A DNA stretch of 64,000 nt, taken from NCBI GenBank assembly GCA_002309855.1, contig DBYD01000031.1, positions 60,723 through 124,722 on the forward strand. Direction: 5' to 3'. Each line of letters starts with the position of its first letter. The first letter of the stretch is position 1. The notes beneath the pieces were generated by a model that was not told the origin of the DNA, ran no database searches, and was given only the letters and a program-made list of their open reading frames with translations. This DNA is from Bacteroidales bacterium UBA1195. GTDB lineage: Bacteria > Bacteroidota > Bacteroidia > Bacteroidales > WCHB1-69. Both the position numbers and the translations under genes were made by a program. Below are positions 52,437-61,961 of the stretch, piece by piece.

Positions 52437-53558
52437 ATGGAAAAGAATAAGAGAAAAAGAAAAGTTGGATGGGTTGTCTATCAGGTTGTTGTGCATCTGT
52501 TTGCATTAGCCGGTGCGGCAATTGTTGGAGCATGGGCCCTTTACAAGCTGGGTGTCAGCAACAACAGCGGCAGTGTGGACAGGAACAATCGCTATCTGGC
52601 AGATTATACGGCTATTGTCACACAAGAGGATTCGGTGTCGGAGTTCATGGCCATGACCGACCGCTATGCCGAACTTGCCGTTTTGGGACGGATTTATCCC
52701 GAAAATGCGCGTCTTATCCATGAGGCGGGCTATTACACCGACCATCCTGATGCAATTAACCGGATGCTGTATGCCGCCGGTATGTATCTGAAGGACGATT
52801 CGCTGGCCGCCGGATATACGGAGGCGGTCCGGGAGATGCAGGAGCTGCTGCAGCGCTACGGTTTCGAACGGCGGCAGGGTAATGTCATTCCCTGGATGAA
52901 CGACAGTAGCTGGACCCTGCTGCAGGATGCCATTGTGCGTGACAGCGCGGCCATCCGCAAGGCGGCCGCCCTGACCGGCGTGGATCCGAGACTTATTGTA
53001 GGCTGCACCATGGGAGAACAGATCCGGCTTTTCCATACCGACAGGAAGCGTGAGGTGATAAAGCGTCATCTCGGCCCGGTCGCACTGACGGTACAGTCGC
53101 AGTTCTCGTTGGGTATCAACGGTATCAAGGATTTCACCGCAATGAAGGTGGAGGCTAACCTCAAGGACAGCACCTCGCTTTTCTACATGGGGCCGGCCTA
53201 TGAGCACCTGCTGGATTTCGAGACAGACAATCCGACGGAGGAGAGGCTGAACCGGCTGCTCAGCGAACGCAACCATTTCTATTCCTATCTTTATACCGCG
53301 TGTATCCTGAAACAGACCATGTGGCAGTGGAAACGCAGCGGGTATGATATTTCCGACCGCCCTGACATCCTCTTCACGCTTTTCAACCTTGGCTTCGGGG
53401 TTTCCAAACCTCATGCCGAGCCGCGCTGCGGCGGTTCCAACATCCAGGTGAACGGGCGCAACTACACTTTCGGGGTGATTGGGAACGACTTTTTCTATTC
53501 CGGTGTGCTTGCGAAGGAGTTTCCGATACACCGCCAGTTGTTTTACGAAGTGAACTGA
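52437..53558 (+). CDS. Hypothetical membrane-anchored protein
   Basis: One N-terminal TM helix (VVYQVVVHLFALAGAAIVGAWALY). No family recognised. Confidence 0.5.
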   Translation: MEKNKRKRKVGWVVYQVVVHLFALAGAAIVGAWALYKLGVSNNSGSVDRNNRYLADYTAIVTQEDSVSEFMAMTDRYAELAVLGRIYPENARLIHEAGYYTDHPDAINRMLYAAGMYLKDDSLAAGYTEAVREMQELLQRYGFERRQGNVIPWMNDSSWTLLQDAIVRDSAAIRKAAALTGVDPRLIVGCTMGEQIRLFHTDRKREVIKRHLGPVALTVQSQFSLGINGIKDFTAMKVEANLKDSTSLFYMGPAYEHLLDFETDNPTEERLNRLLSERNHFYSYLYTACILKQTMWQWKRSGYDISDRPDILFTLFNLGFGVSKPHAEPRCGGSNIQVNGRNYTFGVIGNDFFYSGVLAKEFPIHRQLFYEVN

Positions 53559-53584
53559 TTTAATTTAATGAAAGGCCTGTAGCA

Positions 53585-54781
53585 ATGAAAAAGAAGATAC
53601 ATTTAGGTTTGTTGCCCAAAGTGTTGCTGGCCATTGTCCTGGGTGTGGTATGCTCCAGGTTCCTGCCGATGGGGGTGATGCGTGTTTTCTTCACCTTTAA
53701 CGCTGTGTTCGGAAATTTTCTGAACTTTATTATCCCACTTATCATTGTCGGTTTGGTTGCCCCCGGCATCGCCGAGTTGGGTAAGGGTGCAGGCCGGCTT
53801 CTTGGGCTTACCGCGCTTTTGGCCTATCTCTCCACCGTGATAGCCGGTTTTTTCTCCTATGGCATCTGCAGGGGTGTCTATCCCTCTTTCCTGAAAATGG
53901 GGGATTTTGTCTCCTCTCAGGCGGAAATGGGCACGGAGTCCATAGCTCCATATTTCACCATTGAAATGCCTCCTGTCATGGGTGTGATGTCCGCTTTGGT
54001 GCTTGCCTTCGTCCTTGGACTCGGGCTGGCGGCGGTGCAGGGTGAGACCTTCAAAAATGTGCTGTCAGAATTCCGTGAGGTGGTCACCCTTACCATCTCA
54101 AAGGTGGTGATTCCGCTTTTCCCGCTATATATCTTCGGCATTTTCATGAAGCTTTGCGCCGAAGGTGAGGTCGGACGCATACTGCAGGTTTTCATCAAGG
54201 TGATTGCTGTCATTTTCGCCATCCACATTGTATGGCTGCTGCTGCAGTTTCTGGTGGCCGGAGCCGTTTCGCGGAAAAATCCCTTCCGCTGCCTTTGGAA
54301 CATGCTTTCCGCTTATGTGACCGCACTTGGCACACAATCTTCTGCTGCAACAATTCCGGTGACTTTGGCCCAGGCCAGAAAAAACGGGGTGAGTGAGGGA
54401 ATTGCCGATTTTGTCATCCCATTGTGCGCCACCATACATCTGTCTGGAAGCACTCTTAAAATCGTCGCCTGCGCCTATGCCATCGTGCTGATGGGCGGGC
54501 TCCCCGGAGGTCTGGGGCTGTTTGCAGGCTTCATCTTCATGTTGGGCATCACCATGGTCGCCGCTCCTGGTGTGCCGGGAGGAGCCATAATGGCGGCCTT
54601 GGGACTGCTCTCATCCATGTTGGGTTTTGACGAGACCCTGCTCGGAATGATGATTGCGCTTTACATTACAATGGACAGTTTCGGCACCGCCTGCAACGTC
54701 ACCGGTGACGGCGCGATAGCTCTGATTGTGGATACGGTGTACCGCAGGAAGGAGAGAAAGGAGGTTGTGGCCGATGCGTAG
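53585..54781 (+). CDS. Dicarboxylate/amino acid:cation symporter (DAACS family, SstT-like)
   Basis: Polytopic membrane protein of 398 aa with SSAATIP and reentrant-loop-like segments typical of the family. Confidence 0.75.
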   Translation: MKKKIHLGLLPKVLLAIVLGVVCSRFLPMGVMRVFFTFNAVFGNFLNFIIPLIIVGLVAPGIAELGKGAGRLLGLTALLAYLSTVIAGFFSYGICRGVYPSFLKMGDFVSSQAEMGTESIAPYFTIEMPPVMGVMSALVLAFVLGLGLAAVQGETFKNVLSEFREVVTLTISKVVIPLFPLYIFGIFMKLCAEGEVGRILQVFIKVIAVIFAIHIVWLLLQFLVAGAVSRKNPFRCLWNMLSAYVTALGTQSSAATIPVTLAQARKNGVSEGIADFVIPLCATIHLSGSTLKIVACAYAIVLMGGLPGGLGLFAGFIFMLGITMVAAPGVPGGAIMAALGLLSSMLGFDETLLGMMIALYITMDSFGTACNVTGDGAIALIVDTVYRRKERKEVVADA

Positions 54782-55490
54782 GTTTTTCTTTGTCTGTCTG
54801 CTGTTTTCGCTTACCTCCTGCTCGCTGACCGCACAGGAAAATCTCTTTTCGTGTACAGTGGGGCGGGATTCCACGGATGAATTGTTTTTCTACTATCCGC
54901 AGTTCACCTCCATCGGGCTGGCGTGCGGTACAATGCCGTACAATGACACATCTGTGGTGTTTTGTGCGGAGGCGGCTTACACGCACGCAATCCGGCGCAA
55001 GTTCAGTCATGACAACATTGACGGATGCCATGTCTGCGACGGTGTGAAATATACTGGGGCGGATTGCAAGGACAACACCGGCATGTTTGTATGGCATGGC
55101 GGAGCGTGGCAGTTTGTCTATCCTGCGAACGATGCGGTGATGGATTCTGCGGCCACCGATTCCTGCGGCATGGGTTTCGGACAGACCATGCTGATTTACC
55201 ATAAGGCCCTGTTATTGCCGGTGCGCAATTTGAAGCAGGTCGCCCATTTCAGGGCGCTCTGCGAACGGCAGGGACAGCTCTGTGTAATAGATTCAAAGGA
55301 TACGGTCACTTTCGGACATTTCCTCTACCTGCTCTGCGCATGTGGTGTGGAAAATGCCCTGTATATGGATATGGGTAGCGGTTGGAACCATTCCTGGTAC
55401 CGCGAAGTTGATGGCACCTTGCGTGAGATTTATCCGTACAGGCATCCCTATTGCACCAATTGGATTGTGTTCCGGCGGAAGGAGAATTAA
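54774..55490 (+). CDS. Hypothetical lipoprotein (possibly phosphodiester glycosidase/DUF2233-like)
   Basis: ATG 54774 gives MRRFFFVCLLFSLTSCS. The C-terminal ALYMDMGSGW loosely recalls the family. Weak functional call. Confidence 0.45.
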   Translation: MRRFFFVCLLFSLTSCSLTAQENLFSCTVGRDSTDELFFYYPQFTSIGLACGTMPYNDTSVVFCAEAAYTHAIRRKFSHDNIDGCHVCDGVKYTGADCKDNTGMFVWHGGAWQFVYPANDAVMDSAATDSCGMGFGQTMLIYHKALLLPVRNLKQVAHFRALCERQGQLCVIDSKDTVTFGHFLYLLCACGVENALYMDMGSGWNHSWYREVDGTLREIYPYRHPYCTNWIVFRRKEN

Positions 55491-55576
55491 TGGAAATACT
55501 GTTTCGGAAATGTTTTTCGCAGGAAGGGACAATTTTTTGCTTTGGGCCACGTTTCCATATATTGTTTGATTGAAAA

Positions 55577-58120
55577 ATGCAGATGCCAGCGTTGCGTGGA
55601 ATTGTCATCGGAATATTTTTATTGTGCTGCCTGCCGCCAGTGCGGGCGCAGCAGGAAATCCGTATCAGCGGCAAGGTGACGGATACACTGGGGCAACCGA
55701 TTGAATTGGTTAATGTTGTTTTGAAAGATATGTCTCAGAAGGGGACCACTACCAATGAAAACGGCGCATTTTTCTTGTCTGTTCCGGCCAATCAGGAGGT
55801 GGTGCTGCTCTTTTCTTGTGTGGGATATGTCACTGTTGAGAGGAAGTTATTTGTCAGGAACGGCAAGAATCCATTTCTGCTGGTTCAGCTGGAACCGGAT
55901 GCCATACAGCTGAAGCCTGTGGTGACACGCGGGGAGCGCTACACCTTCAATACCGGTGTGGAATATATGGATGCGAAGATGATAACTCATCTTCCGACGA
56001 TGGGCAGTGGAATTGAAGGGCTTATAAAGATATCCGGTCTGGGGGTGCATTCGCACGACGAGCTGAGTTCGCAGTACAATGTGCGGGGCGGAAGTTATGA
56101 CGAGAATCTGGTTTATGTCAACGGCATGGAGATTTTCCGGCCTTTTTTGATCCGTTCCGGACAGCAGGAGGGGTTGAGCTTCATCAATCCGGACATGGTC
56201 ACCTCCGTATGCTTTTCGTCCGGTGGCTTTGAGTCCGCCTATGGTGACAAGACTGCCTCGGTGCTGGATGTGGAATATGCTGAGCCGGTCCGTTTTTCCG
56301 GCAGTGTGTCCGGCAGCTTTTTGGGTGGTTCCGCCCATGTGGGGGGCTGTTCAAAGAATCGGAAGTTTTCCTATCTGGCCGGGGCGCGATACCAGTCGAA
56401 CGCCTATATGCTCAAGCAGATGCAGACACATGGCAACTACCAGCCCAATTTTACGGATGTGCAGCTGCTGCTTCGCTATACACCGGACGAAAGATGGAAA
56501 TTTTCGATGTTCGGCAACTTCGCCCGCAACGAATACAGGTTGGCTCCCGAAACCGGTGAGGCCACAATCGGCAATATTCTCACCACAATCCAGCGTCTGA
56601 ACATCTATTATGACGGGCAGGAGGTGGATGCTTACCGGACGTTATTCACTTCTGTAGCCGCCACCAGGATGTTCAGCCGCACTTCTGACATCACATTTTC
56701 CGCCACATATTTCCGTACCATGGAAAAGGAGACTTTTGATATCAGTGCGGAATATTGGCTCAGCGACATTAATATGGACAACGGATCCGAATCGTTCGGT
56801 GAGTCCGTCTCATCCCGGGCGGTCGGCGGGGAACTGCGTCACGGACGCAATTTTTTGGATGCCGACATTTTCAATCTGGCGGTCCAAGGCCGCCATGCGT
56901 TGGGTGCCCATGAACTGCGTTGGGGACTTTCCGGTCGCGAGGAACTGATACGTGACCGGCTGGAAGAGTGGTATCTGTATGATTCCTCCTTCTATTCCCT
57001 GCCGCATCCACATACGCTTCCAGGCGATACGGTACCTTTTTCCGATACGGCACGGCTGCTGACGGTCTCCTCTTTGCTTCAGAGCCGTAACAATGTCGGG
57101 AACGAACGGCTTACCGCCTATCTGCAGGACCAGTGGTCCTTCGGTCTGGACCGTTTCCGGTACAAACTGACCACTGGAGTCCGCTTCTCCTACGCTACGA
57201 TGAATGGTGAATGGTTCGTTACTCCGAGGGTGCGGTTCACCATCCAGCCTTTAGCAAATCAGAACCTTTCATTCTACGTGGCGGGCGGATGCTATTACCA
57301 GCCGCCGTTCTACAAGGAGATGCGTACCCCTTCAGGTGAAATCAATAACGATATCCGCAGCCAGAAGTCCTGTCATTTCATTCTGGGCGGCGACCTGCTC
57401 TTCAAATGGGCGGAACGGCCGTTCAAACTGAGTGGGGAGGCCTATTACAAATATCTTTGGGACTTGGTCAGCTATGAGCTGGACAATGTCCGGACCATCT
57501 ATTCCGGTTACAACGATGCCGACGGATATGCCATAGGAATGGATCTGAAGTTGAGCGGTGAAGTGGTGAAGGGGCTGGAATCGTGGCTGTCGGTTTCCTT
57601 GATGCAGACCATGGAGGATATCCATGGCGACTATTATCTGCAATATTTTGACAGTCTGGGGCAGCAGCAGCGGGGTGCGGACGGTGCGGCACGTGTTGAC
57701 ACGGTTTATCCGGGCTACATACCCCGACCGACCGACCAGCGGTTCTCCATTAACCTCTTTTTTCAGGATGAGATTCCGCACCATCCTGACTTCAAGGCGC
57801 ATATCAATCTGATATATTCCACTCCGCTTCCATACGGCATTGTGGGCACGCCGGCATACCAGTGGGCGAACCGGCGCGGCAAGGCCTATTTCCGCACTGA
57901 TGTCGGCTTTTCCTGGCGCTTCCTCTCTGAAAACAATCAGCGGAAAAAGCCGTTCTCCCTGATCAGGACAGGTTATGTCACATTGGAAATCCTGAACATG
58001 TTCAATTATTACAACATCATCTCCTACACGGCGGTGACCGACATTGACGGCAATTCATACCTGACCCCGAATTATCTGACCCCACGCCTGTATAACATCA
58101 AACTGCGCTTCGAATTCTGA
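55577..58120 (+). CDS. TonB-dependent receptor-like outer-membrane protein with CarboxypepD_reg N-domain
   Basis: Signal peptide, ISGKVTDTLGQPIELVNVVLKD (carboxypeptidase-regulatory-like fold), a plug-like region, a long beta-rich body and a terminal ...LRFEF. Confidence 0.8.
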   Translation: MQMPALRGIVIGIFLLCCLPPVRAQQEIRISGKVTDTLGQPIELVNVVLKDMSQKGTTTNENGAFFLSVPANQEVVLLFSCVGYVTVERKLFVRNGKNPFLLVQLEPDAIQLKPVVTRGERYTFNTGVEYMDAKMITHLPTMGSGIEGLIKISGLGVHSHDELSSQYNVRGGSYDENLVYVNGMEIFRPFLIRSGQQEGLSFINPDMVTSVCFSSGGFESAYGDKTASVLDVEYAEPVRFSGSVSGSFLGGSAHVGGCSKNRKFSYLAGARYQSNAYMLKQMQTHGNYQPNFTDVQLLLRYTPDERWKFSMFGNFARNEYRLAPETGEATIGNILTTIQRLNIYYDGQEVDAYRTLFTSVAATRMFSRTSDITFSATYFRTMEKETFDISAEYWLSDINMDNGSESFGESVSSRAVGGELRHGRNFLDADIFNLAVQGRHALGAHELRWGLSGREELIRDRLEEWYLYDSSFYSLPHPHTLPGDTVPFSDTARLLTVSSLLQSRNNVGNERLTAYLQDQWSFGLDRFRYKLTTGVRFSYATMNGEWFVTPRVRFTIQPLANQNLSFYVAGGCYYQPPFYKEMRTPSGEINNDIRSQKSCHFILGGDLLFKWAERPFKLSGEAYYKYLWDLVSYELDNVRTIYSGYNDADGYAIGMDLKLSGEVVKGLESWLSVSLMQTMEDIHGDYYLQYFDSLGQQQRGADGAARVDTVYPGYIPRPTDQRFSINLFFQDEIPHHPDFKAHINLIYSTPLPYGIVGTPAYQWANRRGKAYFRTDVGFSWRFLSENNQRKKPFSLIRTGYVTLEILNMFNYYNIISYTAVTDIDGNSYLTPNYLTPRLYNIKLRFEF

Positions 58121-58683
58121 TGCATCCCTGCCATCCCGCCAAACGGTTCCGTTTCTGCCCATTTTGTGGCGGTTCTCATTTTGAGTGGGAGGGAAGAAAA
58201 TCGCATCTTTGCGCCGATTGCGGACACCGGTTCTTTACAAATCCTGCTGCAGCGGTCATTGCTGTTATTGAAAATGAACGTGGGGAGGTGCTTTTTGTCC
58301 GCCGGAAGTATGATCCGGCCAAAGGCATGTTGGATTTGCCCGGCGGTTTTGTGGATTGTGGCGAACGGGCTGAGGATGCTCTGAAGCGTGAGGTGTTGGA
58401 GGAGGTGGGGCTACAGGTTGTCGGGGCCGATTTCCTGACGACGCTTCCCAACACTTATCTGTATGACGGTCTGCTATATTATACAACTGATCTAGCTTTC
58501 CGCTGCAAGGTTGGGGACTGGAGCCTGCTATCTGCCGGTGATGATGCGGCGGAATGCCGCCTGATGCCGCTTTCATCGGTGAAACCGGACGATATCGGCC
58601 TCGATTCCATCCGGAAATTGGTGGAGTTGCTCCAGCAGGGACTGGCAGGGAATGGTGTCAGCGGTTTTTCTTTTTCAGAATGA
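58120..58683 (+). CDS. NUDIX hydrolase with N-terminal zinc ribbon
   Basis: CPFCGG...CADCGH is followed by the Nudix box GGFVDCGERAEDALKREVLEEVGL. Confidence 0.85.
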   Translation: MHPCHPAKRFRFCPFCGGSHFEWEGRKSHLCADCGHRFFTNPAAAVIAVIENERGEVLFVRRKYDPAKGMLDLPGGFVDCGERAEDALKREVLEEVGLQVVGADFLTTLPNTYLYDGLLYYTTDLAFRCKVGDWSLLSAGDDAAECRLMPLSSVKPDDIGLDSIRKLVELLQQGLAGNGVSGFSFSE

Positions 58684-58807
58684 GCGCACCAAGGATGACC
58701 AATGCGCCGCAGAGCAGTGTCCATCCGTAGTCGCCGGTGTTGGCGGAATAGAAGACACCGAAGGTGCCGAGAAACACCATGGTGACACTGATGGTCTTGC
58801 GGATCAT
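58658..58807 (-). CDS. Small membrane protein (49 aa), translationally coupled to aroQ
   Basis: Not in the ORF track because it is under 60 aa. The sequence is MIRKTISVTMVFLGTFGVFYSANTGDYGWTLLCGALVILGALILKKKNR, with two hydrophobic helices. Its ATG (58805-58807) overlaps the aroQ stop (58804-58806) as ATGA. Confidence 0.45.
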   Translation of the reverse strand: MIRKTISVTMVFLGTFGVFYSANTGDYGWTLLCGALVILGALILKKKNR

Positions 58808-59226
58808 GGCTTGGCGGTGAGATGTGCTACGGCCAAACGGTACCCGTCCAATCCCAATCCGGCAATGAGACCTTTGCAGACAGGGGTGAGGTAGGAGTGG
58901 TGACGGAACTGTTCCCGGGCGAAAATGTTTGTCAGGTGCACTTCGATAACTGGAATGCCCAAACTGCGGACAGCATCTGCGATGGCCAGTGAGGTATGGG
59001 TGTAGGCTCCGGCGTTAAGTATGACGGCATCACATTCGTCACCGGCCTGTTGTAATGCGGTTACAACCGCCCCCTCATCGTTGGACTGGAAACAGGTTAT
59101 CAGGTGCTGCGGATATTGCTGCTGCAATCCTATAAGGAAGGGTTCGAAAGGGGTGTTTCCGTACAATGCGGGTTCACGTTTCCCCAAAGTGTTCAGGTTT
59201 GGTCCGTTGATGATGGCTATTCTCAT
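58804..59226 (-). CDS. aroQ: Type II 3-dehydroquinate dehydratase
   Basis: MRIAIINGPNLNTLGKREPALYG...NAGAYTHTS...EVHLTNI is the AroQ signature. 140 aa. Confidence 0.95.
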   Translation of the reverse strand: MRIAIINGPNLNTLGKREPALYGNTPFEPFLIGLQQQYPQHLITCFQSNDEGAVVTALQQAGDECDAVILNAGAYTHTSLAIADAVRSLGIPVIEVHLTNIFAREQFRHHSYLTPVCKGLIAGLGLDGYRLAVAHLTAKP

Positions 59227-59537
59227 TGCTTGGCCTTTTTTTTGTCGCGATTGTCAGGCCGTGAAACAAAAAAGATGTCCTCGTCCGGCTTTTTCATGTG
59301 GTAGCGGTTACGTATATATTCCTCCTGCAGAAGGGGGTTCTGCTGCAAATTTTCAATGTACAGGTCCAAACTGTCGATTTTGGCGCGTTCCTGTTCAATC
59401 ACCTTTTCCTTTTCCTTGATTTTCTGTTTCATTTCCCTGTTGGTGAAAATCCGCCCGTTCCCAAACAGAAGAATTAGGGCGAACAGTGCGATGGTCAGGA
59501 TGTACTTATGTCTCCGTATGAATTCAAATATTTTCAT
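59223..59537 (-). CDS. Septum formation initiator (FtsB/DivIC-like) protein
   Basis: ATG 59537 gives MKIFEFIRRHKYILTIALFALILLF (one TM helix), followed by a coiled coil (KQKIKEKEKVIEQERAKIDSLDLYIENL). Its stop overlaps the aroQ start. Confidence 0.65.
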   Translation of the reverse strand: MKIFEFIRRHKYILTIALFALILLFGNGRIFTNREMKQKIKEKEKVIEQERAKIDSLDLYIENLQQNPLLQEEYIRNRYHMKKPDEDIFFVSRPDNRDKKKAKQ

Positions 59538-59653
59538 GGGCAATCGGATTTCAATCTGCAAAAGTAGCCATAATTTGAATGGAAAAAGCAGCTTTCCAGT
59601 TTTTTTTTTCATGCGGTGTGGATGGTTGACCGAAAAATGAGTACTTTTGCAGC

Positions 59654-61270
59654 ATGTTTATGGACATGAAAAACAATAGAAGTGTATATCTGTTTGTATG
59701 GCTTGTAGCAATGGTGCTCTATGTGCCATGTGTGGCGTTGTGCGTCAATCCGCCGCTTGTTGTGGGGAGGATTTTCCTTATTCTGGCCGCGTGGTATGTG
59801 CTGTGGATGCTCCCTTTTCTTTTTTTTCCACGGAAGTTCTGCTACCGGACGGCAGTGGCTGTGCTTTTTGCCGGAGGTTTTCTTAACCTTGCCCATTGGC
59901 TGGTGCTCAAATGTCCGCTTAATGTTTCGTCCCTGTTCGTCCTGCTGAACACAAATGGGAGCGAGGCGATGGAGTTCGTTTCGCTCAAGGCCTCGCTCCG
60001 ATGGCTGCTGCTTCTCCCGTATCTGTTTCTTGCAGTGATGGCATTCCGTCATGTGCCTGATATTTCTTCCGAAAAAGGTGTTTCGCGGGTTGTACGTATA
60101 GTTTTGCTGCTTTTTGTGTTGCTTTTTTACGGGGAGGCGGCTTGGAACGGCAGGCTTGTGCGCACTGCCTTGCCCGACACGGAGCGGACACTCTTTTCTT
60201 TTTCCGGTGAAATTAAGGCTTACCGGAATCTGAAACAGCGGCAGTTCAGGCCGGTTGAGGCTGTGGCGGATCCGGATCCCTGTGTCTCTGTACTGATTAT
60301 AGGGGAATCTTGTAACCGAAACCACATGTCGCTTTATGGCTATCACCGGCAGACCTCGCCCAGATTGTCGCGCCGTGGCGACATACTCTGTTTCACCGAT
60401 GTGGTGACGCCCTATTCCGCAACTCTGAACTCCGTGCTTGGCTCCCTTACCGAAAGTGATATGGATGCGCCAATATCACCGGACAGCTGCTTCCATGCAC
60501 TTGATGTGTACCGCTCTGCCGGTTTTGTCACATATTGGATTTCAAACCAGTCGCCTATCGGGGTGTGGGACAATGCTGTATTCAATTTCGCCAGGGTGGC
60601 GGACCATCCTGTTTTTGTGAACCGTGCCGCCAACTCATCGTTTGAAAGCACGCAGCTGGCCGTGTATGACGAAGTGCTGCTGCCGGTGCTTCACCGGGTG
60701 CTTTATGAGGACACTGCATCCCGCAAATGGATTGTGCTTCACCTGATGGGCAGCCATTCCCAGTACGACAAAAGGTATCCGGCAGCATACACCCGTTATT
60801 GCGGCGGGGCCGACAAGCGTCAGCGCACCATTGATGCTTATGACAACTCCATCCTTTACAATGATGCTGTTGTGGACAGCATTTTCACGATGCTGGCACA
60901 GTATGCCGCCGACCATCCGCATGTGCGCACACATTCGCTATATGTTTCCGATCATGGGGAGAATGTGTATGATGCAGGCGAGACCTCCGGCCATGATTTT
61001 GCCGATACCATCCCTTACGCTAATGTGGAGATTCCCTTTTTGCTGTGGTTGTCCGCACAGGACACGCTGCGCGATACGGCCTTGTATCACCGTTTGCAGG
61101 CTAGGCTTTCCTGGCCATTCATGTCAGATGACCTGTTCCATCTGCTGTTGGATTTGGACGGCATTGCCACATCTTGTTTTCAGCCGGAGCGGAGCCTGTT
61201 CCATCCAGCTTACCGTCGGGAGCGTCAGCGGCTCCTGATGGATGGGCGGGTGTACCAACGGAAACCGTAA
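59654..61270 (+). CDS. Phosphoethanolamine transferase (EptA/sulfatase-fold family)
   Basis: Five N-terminal TM helices and a sulfatase-like domain (VLIIGESCNRNHMSLYGY...LHLMGSH...YVSDHGE). A TACTTTTG -7 box lies at ~59642. Confidence 0.8.
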   Translation: MFMDMKNNRSVYLFVWLVAMVLYVPCVALCVNPPLVVGRIFLILAAWYVLWMLPFLFFPRKFCYRTAVAVLFAGGFLNLAHWLVLKCPLNVSSLFVLLNTNGSEAMEFVSLKASLRWLLLLPYLFLAVMAFRHVPDISSEKGVSRVVRIVLLLFVLLFYGEAAWNGRLVRTALPDTERTLFSFSGEIKAYRNLKQRQFRPVEAVADPDPCVSVLIIGESCNRNHMSLYGYHRQTSPRLSRRGDILCFTDVVTPYSATLNSVLGSLTESDMDAPISPDSCFHALDVYRSAGFVTYWISNQSPIGVWDNAVFNFARVADHPVFVNRAANSSFESTQLAVYDEVLLPVLHRVLYEDTASRKWIVLHLMGSHSQYDKRYPAAYTRYCGGADKRQRTIDAYDNSILYNDAVVDSIFTMLAQYAADHPHVRTHSLYVSDHGENVYDAGETSGHDFADTIPYANVEIPFLLWLSAQDTLRDTALYHRLQARLSWPFMSDDLFHLLLDLDGIATSCFQPERSLFHPAYRRERQRLLMDGRVYQRKP

Positions 61271-61309
61271 TATCCTTTTTCCTAATGCGGAAAAAATATC
61301 AAAAATTCT

Positions 61310-61759
61310 TTAGGCTTGATTCAGCAACGCCTTGACCTTTTCGGCAATGATTTTGTTTTCGGCTTTTCCGGCCAGGGCTTTTGAGGCCAGCCCCATCACT
61401 TTGCCCATGCCCTTGATGTCTGTCACGCCGCTTTCGGCAATAATCTGGCGTATGACCGCCTCAATCTCAGCTTCGGACATTTGTGCCGGCAGGAACGCGG
61501 CGATTACTTCCGCCTGCCGCATCTCCTCGGTGTACTGCTCCTCACGGTTCTGTGACTTGTAGGTCTCAGCCGCCTCCCTGCGCTGTTTGATCATGCGCTG
61601 CAGCATCTTTATCTCCATCTCCTCAGTGATTTCCGTGCCGGGATTGTTCGCCTTGAGCAGCAAAAGTTCCGATTTGATGGCGCGCAAAGCGTCCAGTTTC
61701 TCCTTCTCCTTGTGAAGCATGGCCTGTTTGATGGCCTCGTTGATGGTTTCTGTAAGCAT
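61310..61759 (-). CDS. GatB/YqeY domain protein
   Basis: INEAIKQAMLHKEKEKLDALRAIKSE...MGKVMG is typical of YqeY. 149 aa. Confidence 0.85.
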   Translation of the reverse strand: MLTETINEAIKQAMLHKEKEKLDALRAIKSELLLLKANNPGTEITEEMEIKMLQRMIKQRREAAETYKSQNREEQYTEEMRQAEVIAAFLPAQMSEAEIEAVIRQIIAESGVTDIKGMGKVMGLASKALAGKAENKIIAEKVKALLNQA

Positions 61760-61961
61760 GTCTCTTTTTTTTTATTCCGAATTATTACAACGTATCTGCG
61801 GACGGATTATTGTGGGATAAGCGGAAAAGATCTTTTTTTACATTTTTTCAGTATTGCGCAGCTCTCTTCGTGAAATCTGCATCAGTTTGCTGTATATGGG
61901 TGTTCTATTTTTTACTATCTTTGCATTTTGTGACAATTTGTGAAGATAAAACAATAAAGAT

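Noticed and set aside
61276-61295. TTTTTCC-TAATGC-GGAAAAA hairpin between the EptA-like gene and the yqeY-like gene as a bidirectional terminator
   Set aside because: The stem is almost entirely A/T (7 bp with only 2 GC pairs) and too weak to call with confidence.
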